Part shown: positions 9,864 through 19,407 of the stretch, in pieces
How positions within the stretch are numbered: the stretch's first letter is position 1
How the letters are laid out: every line of letters starts with the position of its first letter
Virus record (IMG/VR): IMGVR_UViG_3300044259_000044
Coordinates: 1 to 48,767 of that record
DNA from: a virus
Taxonomy: Duplodnaviria > Caudoviricetes
Length of the DNA stretch: 48,767 nt
Reading direction: 5' to 3' (one strand)
Notes under the pieces: generated by a model
The model's input: the letters and a program-made list of their open reading frames with translations, nothing else
Databases searched by the model: none
What the model was told of the DNA's origin: nothing
Position numbers and translations under genes: made by a program

Positions 9864-9864
9864 G

Positions 9865-9893
9865 TTGACAGTACAGTTAGAAACGATTAAGAT
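9865..9893 (+). promoter_or_regulatory. Sigma70 promoter
   Basis: TTGACA-17-TAAGAT. Confidence 0.85.
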
Positions 9894-9924
9894 TAGGGCT
9901 CACTCACTGATAGGAGCTAAATCC

Positions 9925-10495
9925 ATGTTGACAATCCCGAACAACAAACTGCGCGCTGCACTGACTCACGCCGCCGTCAAGGATATCCGCTATTACCTGC
10001 GCGGCGTCCACCTGGAGGCAACGCAAGCCGGCGATCTGCATATCATCAGCACGGACGGCACGCGGATGTTCGTCGGCGTGCTGCCCGGTGCGGCAACGGA
10101 CGCCCCGACGTTCTCGCGCCTGACCATTCCCCGTGGAAGTGCTAAAAGGCGCACCCAAGACAGGATCGGTCGTGTTGGCACCGAACGGCGACCGCTGGCA
10201 GCTTGGCGCTACCCTGTTCGACCCTTGCGAGGGCGTGTTCCCGGACTGGCGGCGCGTCGTGCCCCCGCAGACCGAGCAGGTGGCCGGACGCAACTTTGAC
10301 TACGATTTGCTGGCCGATGCGCAGACCGCGCTGCGCTTGTGGTGCGGACAAAGCAAAGCGAACGTGGCGCGTTACGATTACGAGTTTGCGTCGGTGGTAG
10401 TCGGTGAAGATTCTACCGCGTTCAGTATCGTCATGCCGTTGCGCAATGACAAATTTGAGTGGGCGCTGCCGTTCAAGCCTGGCGTCGCACGCTAA
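9925..10495 (+). pseudogene. DNA polymerase III beta-clamp-like gene split by a +1 frameshift at 10129-10132
   Basis: KDIRYYLRGV and STDG match the DnaN middle domain; the GVFPDWRRVVP...IVMPLR half lies in the +1 frame. Confidence 0.75.
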
Positions 10496-10532
10496 ACGCA
10501 AAGCCCGGCGATGCCGGGCTTTGCGTTTAGCG
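10490..10532. terminator. Terminator within a 20-bp perfect inverted repeat
   Basis: CGCTAAACGCAAAGCCCGGC-GAT-GCCGGGCTTTGCGTTTAGCG. Confidence 0.85.
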
Positions 10533-10542
10533 CGAAAAGTGA

Positions 10543-10571
10543 TTGACATTGCGTTTAGGTGCGATTAATAT
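10543..10571 (+). promoter_or_regulatory. Sigma70 promoter
   Basis: TTGACA-17-TAATAT. Confidence 0.85.
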
Positions 10572-10607
10572 ACATACATCGACAACGCAAACACGAAGGA
10601 GAACGAG

Positions 10608-10883
10608 ATGAGCCGGCTTGACAAAGAAATGCTGTTGTTTTGCGTCGGCATTTTTGCCACGATCATCGCCGTCATTGCGCTGGCAGTGTGGGCGTGCGTC
10701 GCAGATGCGCGCGCCTGGCGAGAGTTTGCGCGGACGCACGATTGCAAAGTGACGGCACGCGTGCGCGGCGATACTTTCAACACGTTCGGCGTGTCGCCGA
10801 ATGGCCGAGTGACTGTCGGTGTCGGCTCTACGCCTGACAAGACCGGCTACACCTGCAACGATGGTATCACGTACTACCGTTGA
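10608..10883 (+). CDS. Membrane-anchored moron protein
   Basis: Own promoter, AAGGAG SD, N-terminal TM segment, paired Cys in the soluble part. Confidence 0.8.
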   Translation: MSRLDKEMLLFCVGIFATIIAVIALAVWACVADARAWREFARTHDCKVTARVRGDTFNTFGVSPNGRVTVGVGSTPDKTGYTCNDGITYYR

Positions 10884-10885
10884 CC

Positions 10886-11077
10886 CTACTTCACAGCCAC
10901 GCAGTCGCAGGCCAGCTTGTCCAGAGCGTCAAACGCCATGCGGATCGGGTCGGCGTCGTTTGCCCGCTGCACGCTGTATGCGATGGCGGCTGCCTGCTTC
11001 GGGTCTTTCCCGGCCTTGATTTCAGTGGCGATGTTTTCCGAGCGCGCCTTGTCGCTTTTGCTTTGGATCAGGGGCAT
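10886..11077 (-). CDS. Small conserved phage protein (KQAAAIAYS motif)
   Basis: GGAGG SD; MPL..SKS...SENI...G..PKQA.AIA motif typical of head-associated small proteins. Confidence 0.75.
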   Translation of the reverse strand: MPLIQSKSDKARSENIATEIKAGKDPKQAAAIAYSVQRANDADPIRMAFDALDKLACDCVAVK

Positions 11078-11096
11078 GATTCCCTCCTACGTTACG

Positions 11097-11121
11097 AAAG
11101 GCCCGGCAATGCCGGGCCTTT
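11097..11121. terminator. Intrinsic terminator after tail tube gene
   Basis: AAAGGCCCGGC-AAT-GCCGGGCCTTT. Confidence 0.85.
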
Positions 11122-11126
11122 GTCCA

Positions 11127-11558
11127 TCAGTTCGGGCCAGGCAGCACGCGGCTGAAGATCAACTGCACCACGCCGGGCTGCAGGATTTTTTTTGCGTCCG
11201 GCGCCTTGTAGGTGCGCATGAACCCCGTGGGGAGGTTGTATCGGCGGCCCAGCGACGGCAGCACGATGGTCCACTGTTGTTCCAGCTTCGTGCGGTTGGC
11301 CTGCTCATAGTTCCAAACGTTCTCGAAGATGACAAGGGACGGGCTGTCCGCTTGGAACGTCATCGTGAAAGGTACTTCGTTGAACACGAAACCTGCGGAC
11401 AACTTCCCGTCGATGCCCATGGAATACTCGCCGTTTTCGACTTCCGCAAAGCCGTAGACATCGTCCGCAGCGAAACCTTCCATCCGTTGCGCCTGCGGAT
11501 ACAAGGCTTCGATTTGGGCGGTGATGACGGCGTTAGCCGTCGTGAGGGTGGCAGCCAT
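11127..11558 (-). CDS. Tail tube protein
   Basis: Follows the sheath gene; MGIDGKLSAG and QADSPS motifs; 143 aa. Confidence 0.8.
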   Translation of the reverse strand: MAATLTTANAVITAQIEALYPQAQRMEGFAADDVYGFAEVENGEYSMGIDGKLSAGFVFNEVPFTMTFQADSPSLVIFENVWNYEQANRTKLEQQWTIVLPSLGRRYNLPTGFMRTYKAPDAKKILQPGVVQLIFSRVLPGPN

Positions 11559-11568
11559 TCGTTTCTCC

Positions 11569-13056
11569 TTAGATGACGGCGCGGGATTGGATGGTCAGGG
11601 ATTGAATGCTGCCCCCGTCTGCGTACCAAAGCTGCGCGCCCGGCGTGGTGCGGTTTTGCCGCGCTTGTGCAGGGTTTGCGGGGTCGCCGATCAGGTAATA
11701 GAACCCTTGGGTTTGCAGCGTACTGGCGATATCTTTGCCGGCCTGTTGGTTGATCTGGGCGATCTGCGCGGCCGACAACGTGACGCCGGTACGAATGATG
11801 CCAGACGCCAGGGCGGCTTGCAGTACGGGCAAACCCGAGGCGTACAGCAGTTCATAACCATCGTTGTTGTACGGCAGCGAGTTGTAGGCCAGCATGCCTT
11901 CAAACTGCGAGCGCTGCAGTTCGCGGTTCAGGTAGATCTGGTCGATGTAGGTATCCGACCACAGGTATTGACCCGACACGCCGCCGTCGTACAGGATGGA
12001 ATAGGTGTTGGCCGCGTTGGCGTACGCGCCGTAGTAGCTGTAATTATTCGACAGCAGGGCGTTGGCGGTGGCCAGGTCGGTCACCTTCGGGGTGATGCCT
12101 GCAGCGGATTGACGGAACGCGGCAGTCGCGCGGCCGTTGGTCACGTTGAAGTTCACCGAGGCAGCCCAAGCCAGCACGAGCGAAGCGTCGCCGAGGTCGC
12201 CATAGACCGGCATGGTGCCCTGATAGGGCGTCGCGAACGCGATGGCGCCGAACGACGCCGCGTTGTTGGCGACGATGCTGGCCGGCTCCATGTCATACGA
12301 CACGTACAGGAAGTCGGAGTTTTGCGTGCCGTTCCACACGGCGAACGCTTGGCGGTCAGCCAGCACGGCGGCCCATGCAGTGGTGAACAGGCCCCAATTG
12401 GTGTCGAGGGTCACCACGCGCGACATGGCCGACGACGGGGTGTCCGCATCCACGCCGTTCTGGGTTTGCGCGCCAGCGGCTGCCGACAGGCCAACGTTGG
12501 TGGCCAGCGTGCCGGTAACGGCCGAGACGGTCGCGGTGGCACCGGTGGCCGTGGTCTTCAACAGGAAGCGCCCACGGGTCGCGTCGTAGGTAATCGCGAA
12601 GTTGGGCGTGGTGAAGGCCGCGGTCATGATGCTGGCCGCATTGGCGAAGTCAGTGGCCGCCGACAGGTTGATGGTGCTGGACGTGAACTGCGCGGTCGTG
12701 GTGACAATCAGCGTGCCGGTGAAGGTCTTGAGCGTTGCCAGGGTGAGCGAGCCGAGTTGAGCGCCGAACACGGTGGCCGCTTGGGCGGTCAGCGCGTATT
12801 GCGCGAACTTCAGCACGAAGGGCAGCTGGCCGCCGTTGACAATGCCAGGGAAATACACGCTGGCCGCTTGCGCTTCAGGCGAAGATGGGCCAAACCAGGT
12901 GGACACGCTGGGCGCGTCGTAGAACTGCGCGACCTGGCCGGCCGGAATCGATGCGTCTTGCGTCAGGATCAGCCCGGACAGCGCGGAAGCGGCGCCACCG
13001 CCGCTCACGACGCCCTTGACGATCGAGACAATCTGTTTCAGGGGGATGGTGGACAT
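11569..13056 (-). CDS. Tail sheath protein (DUF3383-like)
   Basis: 495 aa; IPYNNDG-like motif and WYADGGSIQ C-terminus; synteny. Confidence 0.85.
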   Translation of the reverse strand: MSTIPLKQIVSIVKGVVSGGGAASALSGLILTQDASIPAGQVAQFYDAPSVSTWFGPSSPEAQAASVYFPGIVNGGQLPFVLKFAQYALTAQAATVFGAQLGSLTLATLKTFTGTLIVTTTAQFTSSTINLSAATDFANAASIMTAAFTTPNFAITYDATRGRFLLKTTATGATATVSAVTGTLATNVGLSAAAGAQTQNGVDADTPSSAMSRVVTLDTNWGLFTTAWAAVLADRQAFAVWNGTQNSDFLYVSYDMEPASIVANNAASFGAIAFATPYQGTMPVYGDLGDASLVLAWAASVNFNVTNGRATAAFRQSAAGITPKVTDLATANALLSNNYSYYGAYANAANTYSILYDGGVSGQYLWSDTYIDQIYLNRELQRSQFEGMLAYNSLPYNNDGYELLYASGLPVLQAALASGIIRTGVTLSAAQIAQINQQAGKDIASTLQTQGFYYLIGDPANPAQARQNRTTPGAQLWYADGGSIQSLTIQSRAVI

Positions 13057-13145
13057 ACCGCTTCCTTCCGTTGGGTTTGCGCGCAGGTGCGCGAAATACT
13101 ATCAAAGACCGCTAGATGATAGCATTCGCCTGCACAGGTGCGCAA

Positions 13146-13685
13146 TCAAACCGGAAGGTCGTCGGCGGGCGGCTCGATGGTGATGGCGCCGGGCCCGCTG
13201 AAGAAGTCCTGCGGCAGCGACACGGCTTGATTGATCTGCACGTACAGCTTGGTCATGAACCGCTGCTCGTACATGCTTTCGCTGTTGACGATGTTTAGCT
13301 GCTGGGCGTCGTCGGCGTACAGCGGCGCGAATGGCAGGTTGTTGGCCTGCGCGTAGTCGGCCACCCAAGGCGAGTGCCAGGCCGCTGATAGCATGTCAGC
13401 CCAGTCCGGCCCTTTCGGGCCGAAACAATCGACCTGATAGTAGTACGTGCGGTGTTTCTGCACGATCTGCAGGCCGTTGGCGATGTCGTAGGCGCGCCGC
13501 ATCTGGTCTTGCGCAACGCGAATGCCTGGCGAAATCACGATGTACGACACGCCGGCCGGCGTCGCCGTCATGTTCTGGAAGCCCTTAAAGACGTACCGCG
13601 AGTCGGCCGCGTCGAGGAACTGCGTGACGGTTTGCCATATCGCGTCGAATGCCTGATCTTCAGTGACGGAAATGACGGCGCTCAT
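13146..13685 (-). CDS. Tail completion/terminator-like protein
   Basis: Position just upstream of sheath; QVDCFG motif. Confidence 0.7.
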   Translation of the reverse strand: MSAVISVTEDQAFDAIWQTVTQFLDAADSRYVFKGFQNMTATPAGVSYIVISPGIRVAQDQMRRAYDIANGLQIVQKHRTYYYQVDCFGPKGPDWADMLSAAWHSPWVADYAQANNLPFAPLYADDAQQLNIVNSESMYEQRFMTKLYVQINQAVSLPQDFFSGPGAITIEPPADDLPV

Positions 13686-14119
13686 GGATTCGCTCCATTC
13701 TTGACCTGGGCGAGCAGGTTGTTGATATCCGTCGCGTTCAGCTGGCGCGTGACTTCAAAGCAGCACCAGCCGGGCCACCACTCCAACACGGTTGAAATGT
13801 AGTACCACTGCGGCCCTTTGTCTTGCGTACGTTGGAATGTCACCACGTCACCGCCATTGTTGTCAGGGCGTTCCAGATCCGAGAAGTTGCCATAGGCGTA
13901 GATGGTCAGGAAGCTATTGGACCATTGCAGATTGACTTCGTGGCGAATCGGGTTGTGCTTCTGCGCCTGGACTTGCAGCAAGGCGGTCACCGGCGTGAAG
14001 GTCGGCGTCAGGATGCCGCGCACGTTCGTGTTGCCGGTCGAAATGTAGACCGTGCCGGGCGTGTCCGGGTTGACTTGCTGGATGGTGCCGCGCACGCGCC
14101 CATGTAAATTGAAACTCAT
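13682..14119 (-). CDS. Head closure/neck protein
   Basis: ATG at 14119 coupled to upstream gene; VLEWWPGWC motif; synteny. Confidence 0.7.
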   Translation of the reverse strand: MSFNLHGRVRGTIQQVNPDTPGTVYISTGNTNVRGILTPTFTPVTALLQVQAQKHNPIRHEVNLQWSNSFLTIYAYGNFSDLERPDNNGGDVVTFQRTQDKGPQWYYISTVLEWWPGWCCFEVTRQLNATDINNLLAQVKNGANP

Positions 14120-14595
14120 TGCTCGCCGTCCTTCACCATTTCCGACTCGATCGAGTTCTGCAGGTGGCCCGTCAGGATTAGGCCATGGTTGAACCCTTTG
14201 AACCCCGCCCAGCTTGCCGAGTTGTCCGCCGGCCATTCGCGGATGGCTTCCTGGATGTCCTCTTTCATGATCTGGCCGACGGTGGCAACGGCCATTTCGG
14301 GCTCCATGCCCTTTGCCGCCAGCGTCACGACCGCCTTGGCCCATTCCTTTTGGTGCTTGGCGACGGCCTGGGCGATGAACGGGCGCGGATGATGCTGACC
14401 GTAGCCGTAGTGTAGCGCGTAGGCGATCGTGGCTACCTTCATGCCGGCGCGGTTGTCGGGGACTTCCTCACCCGTGCGCGCGTCGGTCAGCATGTCGGCG
14501 GGATAGGTGGCGCTTTTCAGCACGCCCGCCTTGACCGCGACATTCGAATATTTCTTGAAGATGGCCCGATCCAGGCCGCGCCGCGATACGCTCAT
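14116..14595 (-). CDS. Neck/tail-completion protein
   Basis: PRPF and LILTGHLQNSI motifs; synteny. Confidence 0.7.
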   Translation of the reverse strand: MSVSRRGLDRAIFKKYSNVAVKAGVLKSATYPADMLTDARTGEEVPDNRAGMKVATIAYALHYGYGQHHPRPFIAQAVAKHQKEWAKAVVTLAAKGMEPEMAVATVGQIMKEDIQEAIREWPADNSASWAGFKGFNHGLILTGHLQNSIESEMVKDGEQ

Positions 14596-15074
14596 ACGCC
14601 GCCCGGAATGTTGTACGGCGGGATGCCGTAGGCTTTCGAGTAGCCGATGCCGGACCCGCCGTTCGGCGCGTAGATGAACGAGCGGAAGCGCGCGGTAGCG
14701 GCCCAGAACTGCGCGCCGTACTTGGTCTGCGTCCAATACGCCATGGAGGCGCTTGCCTGCGTGCCTGCGTTGTACTCGCTGGACACGGACACGGTGCCCT
14801 CAGTGGCCGAATTGATCCGGCCTGGCGGCGTGTTGTCCACGGTGCCGTCGGGCCGCACGGCCGGTGCGGTGCCCAGCAGGAGCAGCAGGTGCGCCACGAT
14901 CAGGTTGAACAATGTCGAACGGAAATTGACATCCATCACGGGCGAATTGTCGGTGTTGTCCAGCAGCGTATATTGCGCGATGTCGAACTGCGCCTGACAG
15001 CGCGCATCGGTCGCCCCGGCGAATTCCGGATAGGCGACTTTGAATGCTGCGGGATCAAACGTGACGATTGCCAT
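14592..15074 (-). CDS. Head-tail adaptor (DUF4054-like)
   Basis: FKVAYPEF, AHLL, SATEGTVSVS, QTKYGAQFW motifs. Confidence 0.8.
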   Translation of the reverse strand: MAIVTFDPAAFKVAYPEFAGATDARCQAQFDIAQYTLLDNTDNSPVMDVNFRSTLFNLIVAHLLLLLGTAPAVRPDGTVDNTPPGRINSATEGTVSVSSEYNAGTQASASMAYWTQTKYGAQFWAATARFRSFIYAPNGGSGIGYSKAYGIPPYNIPGGV

Positions 15075-15098
15075 GATGGACTGTCCTTGCTGGTGGCG

Positions 15099-15494
15099 TT
15101 ACGCGCCCTCGCCCGGATCGGGCTGGCCTTCGACCTGGATGGTGACGCCGGTGCGGGCCTTCTGGCCGGGCTTGTTGGGATCAATGGAATTGTAGCCCAC
15201 ATCGAGGTTCTTGCGGTCCTCGGCCTGATCTTCGGCGCTGTCGCGGTCGCCCGAGACGAACACCGATTCGTTGTGCAGCCACTTGGCGCCAGGATGGTCC
15301 TTGTAGTGGTCGACGATTTCGTCCCACAGTGCGCGCTTGACCTGCGTCATGCCGTGGCCGGCAATCGCGTAGTTGGACGCCGCGCCGTGCAGGAACACTT
15401 CTTTGCCCGAGGGCAGCTTGACGGTAAGGCCCTGCGGGATGCGGCAGGCGACGGTGACGATGTCTGCGGAACGTTTGATTTGTTTGGTGGCCAT
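15099..15494 (-). CDS. Conserved head-region hypothetical protein
   Basis: VACRIPQGL motif; lies downstream of the capsid gene. Confidence 0.75.
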   Translation of the reverse strand: MATKQIKRSADIVTVACRIPQGLTVKLPSGKEVFLHGAASNYAIAGHGMTQVKRALWDEIVDHYKDHPGAKWLHNESVFVSGDRDSAEDQAEDRKNLDVGYNSIDPNKPGQKARTGVTIQVEGQPDPGEGA

Positions 15495-15584
15495 GAGTGG
15501 GTCCCCGGTGAGTTGATCAGGATGAACGTGTAAAGCTTCAGTTTAGCGGTTTCTTTCGGGTTTGTCAGCTAGTGCGTTTCGTGC

Positions 15585-15613
15585 TTGACATTACGTTTAG
15601 AAAAGCTTAAAGT
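15585..15613 (+). promoter_or_regulatory. Sigma70 promoter
   Basis: TTGACA-17-TAAAGT. Confidence 0.8.
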
Positions 15614-15642
15614 TAAGGCTCACTCACTGATAGGAGCAATGC

Positions 15643-16362
15643 ATGAAAATCGAAATCAAGGATCGGTACACCGGCAGCGTGTTGTTCACGCACGAAGAGG
15701 AAGAAAATACCATCGCAAAAACGGTAAGCGCCGCCAACCTGGCCGGTGCCAACCTGGCTCGTGCCAACCTGGCTCGTGCCGACTTGGCTCGTGCCAACCT
15801 GGCCGGTGCCAACCTGGACGGTGCCAACCTGGCTCGTGCCAACCTGGCCGGTGCCTACCTGGCCGGTGCCTACCTGGCCGGTGCCTACCTGGCCGGTGCC
15901 AACCTAGCCGGTGCCAACCTGGCTCGTGCCGACTTGGCTCGTGCCAACCTGGCCGGTGCCAACCTGGCCGGTGCCAACCTGGCCGGTGCCGACTTGGCCG
16001 GTGCCAACCTGGCCGGTGCCTACCTGGCCGGTGCCAACCTGGCTCGTGCCGACTTGGCTCGTGCCGACTTGGCCGGTGCCAACCTGGCCGGTGCCTACCT
16101 GGCCGGTGCCAACCTGGCCGCAGCGGTAGGCAACCGCGAAGAGATCAAGTCATTGCAGGTGGAGCGTTACTCGGTGGCCTACACCGCGACGGAAATGCAA
16201 ATCGGCTGCCAGCGGCACGAAATCTCGCTCTGGTGGGGTTTCAGCGACGAAGCAATCAGCCGCATGGATACCGGTGCGCTGGAATGGTGGAAGATTTGGA
16301 AGCCGATTCTGCAGGCCATCATCGAAGCATCACCGGCCGCGCCGACCAACCCGGCCGAGTAA
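15643..16362 (+). CDS. Pentapeptide repeat protein (moron)
   Basis: 26 A(N/D/Y)L(A/D)(G/R/A) repeats and a C-terminal IGCQRH..W domain; own promoter and terminator. Confidence 0.92.
   Translation: MKIEIKDRYTGSVLFTHEEEENTIAKTVSAANLAGANLARANLARADLARANLAGANLDGANLARANLAGAYLAGAYLAGAYLAGANLAGANLARADLARANLAGANLAGANLAGADLAGANLAGAYLAGANLARADLARADLAGANLAGAYLAGANLAAAVGNREEIKSLQVERYSVAYTATEMQIGCQRHEISLWWGFSDEAISRMDTGALEWWKIWKPILQAIIEASPAAPTNPAE
15733..16122 (+). repeat. 15-bp tandem repeat x26 (GCCAACCTGGCCGGT variants)
   Basis: Directly visible in the sequence. Confidence 0.95.
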
Positions 16363-16392
16363 AAAAAAACGGCCCGAGTAAGCGGGCCGTTT
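16361..16392. terminator. Bidirectional terminator between moron and capsid gene
   Basis: A9-CGGCCCG-AGTAAG-CGGGCCG-TTT. Confidence 0.85.
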
Positions 16393-16413
16393 GGCGTTAC
16401 GTCGCGGTTAATT

Positions 16414-17424
16414 TCAAACCCCGAGGGTTTGGCTCATGGCGAAAGGACGGTAGATCACGGCACCCCAAGTACCCGCCGACTTCTTCTGGCGGAAATAGCT
16501 GGAATAGCGTTCGACCGCGTGCGCACGCATCTTCTCGGTGAAGGCACATTCAGCGGTCACCTGGCCCTCGACCTTGCGGCACCACAGCTGCACCAGGCGG
16601 CCCGACGCGGTGTCGTATTCTGGCACTTGCACCAGTTCGAGGTTCGGCCACACTTCCTTCAGCAGCTTCATGGCCGACAGACCGAACGAGTTGACGCGGT
16701 TCAGGTCAGTGACGGCCGACGGCGGCAGGCCCAGCGCCAGGTCATCGCGCTCGGTGATCACGCCTTGCGACTGGTTGATCAGCGGCTTCCACAGGTCGGC
16801 GATGATCGCGTTGAAAATGACTTCCGGGGTGCTGGTCGCCCAGTTCTGCGAAGCGGTCGAGGCGGCCGGCAGGCGCGGGTCGTTGGTCAGGCCGTAGTTC
16901 TGCAGTCCGGTGATGCCGTAAAGATAGGAGGCGTTCAGGAACTTGGCGATACCCAGCGCGGAAGCGTAGTTCAGCTGGGAAGCCAGGTCGATGCGACCAG
17001 CGCCGGCCATCTCCAGTTCACGCTCGCCCCAACGGGTCCAGGTCTGGAAGAAGTAGGACTGGCGTTGCGGGTAGTTCACGTTGGTGCCGGACGAACCTTC
17101 GGACGAGTAGTCACCATAGGTCGCAACCTTGGTGGTCGGCTCGGCTTGGATGAACGCTGCAACCAGAGTGGTCCAGTCGCCCTTCTTGGTCTCACCCACC
17201 AGGGTAGCGGCCGCCATCGGGGCCACGATGGTCTCGATGACCTTCGGATCCACATAGGTGGTCAGGTACGACGGGATCGCGCCGTTGGTGGTGCCGATCT
17301 GGGTCGGTGCCAGACTCGCCGCGTCCATCGCGTACTGCGCGGCCGGGGTCGAGACGTTTTGCACAGTGTTCGGCAGGACCACGCCGGCGCGGTTCAACTG
17401 TGCGATGAGTTGCGAGTCACGCAT
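16414..17424 (-). CDS. Major capsid protein (DUF2184-like)
   Basis: 336 aa; strong SD; ETKKGDW, RWGERELE, YGLTNDP motifs; high-expression codon bias. Confidence 0.88.
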   Translation of the reverse strand: MRDSQLIAQLNRAGVVLPNTVQNVSTPAAQYAMDAASLAPTQIGTTNGAIPSYLTTYVDPKVIETIVAPMAAATLVGETKKGDWTTLVAAFIQAEPTTKVATYGDYSSEGSSGTNVNYPQRQSYFFQTWTRWGERELEMAGAGRIDLASQLNYASALGIAKFLNASYLYGITGLQNYGLTNDPRLPAASTASQNWATSTPEVIFNAIIADLWKPLINQSQGVITERDDLALGLPPSAVTDLNRVNSFGLSAMKLLKEVWPNLELVQVPEYDTASGRLVQLWCRKVEGQVTAECAFTEKMRAHAVERYSSYFRQKKSAGTWGAVIYRPFAMSQTLGV

Positions 17425-17479
17425 GAAAATCTCCTAAGTGTAAAGGTCGGCCAGGTCGCCCCGGCCTCGCAGAGTTGAA

Positions 17480-17986
17480 TTACGCGCCGACGGACGCGGA
17501 AATGATGACGACGTTGCCGACAGCGGCGGTTTCCGAGATCAGGTAGTAACCGGTGTCGATGGTGGTGGCCGGCGGCGAACCGGGCGCGCCGACGATGGTG
17601 TTGCCGGTCAGCACGTCCCAGTAGATCGCAGCGCCACGCACCGGGGTGCCGGTGATCGCATCCACGTAGACCCAGAAGTCGCCATTGTCGAACAGCGAGA
17701 CGGGTTCACCGGGCTGGATGGTCATGCCGGACTCGGCCAGGAAGGTCACGATCTGGCCGTTGAACTCGCGATGCACGAAGCCGACGCGCGAAGCTTGCGG
17801 CGCGCTGGCCAGTGTGGACGACACGGTGCCGTCGGAGTTCAGCGAGGCGAACTTGCCGATCTTGACGCCGTTGGCATCGGCCACCATGCGGCCGGTGCTG
17901 GTCAGCTGGTAGCGCATCGGGTTGCTGGACGCGAAATCGCCAGGGATCGCTTCTGCCGGGTTGATATAGACTTGATTCTGGAACAT
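17480..17986 (-). CDS. Head decoration/cement protein
   Basis: Between scaffold and capsid genes; PGDFASSNP and GFVHRE motifs. Confidence 0.7.
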   Translation of the reverse strand: MFQNQVYINPAEAIPGDFASSNPMRYQLTSTGRMVADANGVKIGKFASLNSDGTVSSTLASAPQASRVGFVHREFNGQIVTFLAESGMTIQPGEPVSLFDNGDFWVYVDAITGTPVRGAAIYWDVLTGNTIVGAPGSPPATTIDTGYYLISETAAVGNVVIISASVGA

Positions 17987-18024
17987 GAAATTCTCCTAGT
18001 TCGTCAGGGATTGTGCGCCAGGCA

Positions 18025-19407
18025 TCAGCCCTGAACGCGGATCTTGCTGGTCAACGCCGACAGCTTGGACTGCGTCTCGTTCTTCAGCGCGCTGTCGTTG
18101 GCCAGTTCCACCAGTGCGGCAGGCGCGGCGCCACGGGCGCGGGCCGATGCGTTACTGAAACCTTGCCAAGCGGCCTTTTCGCTGCCCTTGGGGATGTCGG
18201 ACTCGGCAACGCCGGACTGCACCAGCGCGGCGCGGTAGACGTCGGCGGCGCTGTCGAAGGCCAGATCACCGCCCAGCACATAGCGCACGTCTTCCTTGGC
18301 GCGCGACAGAGCTTCCACGCGGGCGCGTTCCACCTTCAGGGCGGCTTCGACGGCCCGGTTCACGCTCTTGGCGTCCATCGCGCCGTTCACGACTTCGGGC
18401 TTCTCGGCTTCGCCGCGCGACGGGGTGCCGGACTGCTCGGGTGCGGGCGGGTCTTCCTTCACGCCGGACTCGTTGCCCTGCAGTTCGGAGTCGGCCGCGC
18501 CGCCCGGTTCCTTGTAGGGCTTTTCGAGTTCCATGTCTTTCGCGCCGCCGGGCTGCTCTTCGACCTTGTCGAGTTCGGTGCCTTCGGCTTGCGGTGCGGC
18601 AGGCGGCTCGGTGTCGGCAGCGCCAGGAGCGGTAGCCGGTGCGGGCGCGTTCACGCCGCCCTTGACGGCCGCGTGGATGTCCTGCAGGACGATGCCGATT
18701 TGCTTGAGCGCCTGGCCGATCATGGCCATGTTCGCCTGCTCGTTTTGTTCACCGGCCGGGCTGCCCGGTGCGGGGGTTGCTTCAGGCGCAGCCGCGCCAG
18801 GTTGGTTTTCGAGAGGCATCGCCTTCGCTCCTTGTGTTGATGGATCGGACTTTTGCGGCACACGCAAGGCCGCGTCGGCAACGTGCGCACCGGAGGCGCG
18901 CCCGTCGTCAACCAGTGCAACGTGATTCCCTTGGATCTCGGTCATCACGCCGTCATGCTTCTTTCCCTTCGCCTCACCGGCCCGCATGACCGGCTTGTAG
19001 CGGTACGAGCAAGACAGGTCGGACAGCGTATCGGATTCGATCAGGTCGATGGCCTCGCCGTCCCACACCAGCAGGTCGCCGCGCAGGTTCTTGCCGTCGA
19101 ACGTGACGTTGTGGACCGATCCGCCGATGTACTCCTTGCGGGGCTCTTCGGCGGTCTGCGCGACGTGCTTGATCATCAGCGGCAGACCTTCGAACGACGC
19201 CGCGCCCTTCTGCAATTCGTCCGCGTCGCGGTACATTTCGTACACTTCGTCGGGCTTCAAACCCAGCGAATCGGCGCCGGGGATTTCCTTGCCGTAATAC
19301 GGGTTGACTTCGGCCACACTCAAAACGCAGTTGCGCACGCGCATGCGGCCATCAGCGTCGCGGCTGCGTGCGGTTTGGCGGTCAAAGGCGAAAAGTGCGT
19401 CGGGCAT
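18025..19407 (-). CDS. Prohead protease/scaffold (DUF2213-like)
   Basis: RSRDADG, LSCSY, GNHVALVDDGRAS motifs; acidic low-complexity scaffold region. Confidence 0.85.
   Translation of the reverse strand: MPDALFAFDRQTARSRDADGRMRVRNCVLSVAEVNPYYGKEIPGADSLGLKPDEVYEMYRDADELQKGAASFEGLPLMIKHVAQTAEEPRKEYIGGSVHNVTFDGKNLRGDLLVWDGEAIDLIESDTLSDLSCSYRYKPVMRAGEAKGKKHDGVMTEIQGNHVALVDDGRASGAHVADAALRVPQKSDPSTQGAKAMPLENQPGAAAPEATPAPGSPAGEQNEQANMAMIGQALKQIGIVLQDIHAAVKGGVNAPAPATAPGAADTEPPAAPQAEGTELDKVEEQPGGAKDMELEKPYKEPGGAADSELQGNESGVKEDPPAPEQSGTPSRGEAEKPEVVNGAMDAKSVNRAVEAALKVERARVEALSRAKEDVRYVLGGDLAFDSAADVYRAALVQSGVAESDIPKGSEKAAWQGFSNASARARGAAPAALVELANDSALKNETQSKLSALTSKIRVQG

Noticed and set aside
11186-11193. 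A-AAA-AAA slippery heptamer in the tail tube gene
   Set aside because: A -1 shift would replace the C-terminus with a short peptide running through the terminator and adds no domain; no other support.
11521-13119. Long antisense ORFs (also 6492-8141, 16429-17478, 28752-30575, 34316-35647, 38621-39988)
   Set aside because: Shadow frames of GC-rich, codon-biased genes; no recognisable motifs.
15733-16122. Tandem repeat as a CRISPR array or MTase target array
   Set aside because: No spacers and the period matches pentapeptide coding; TGGCCG sites follow from Leu-Ala-Gly codons.
15585-16541. Alternative-frame repeat ORFs (CQPGR, VPTWP) over the pentapeptide gene
   Set aside because: They are open only because the 15-bp repeat lacks stops; the SD supports the 15643 frame.
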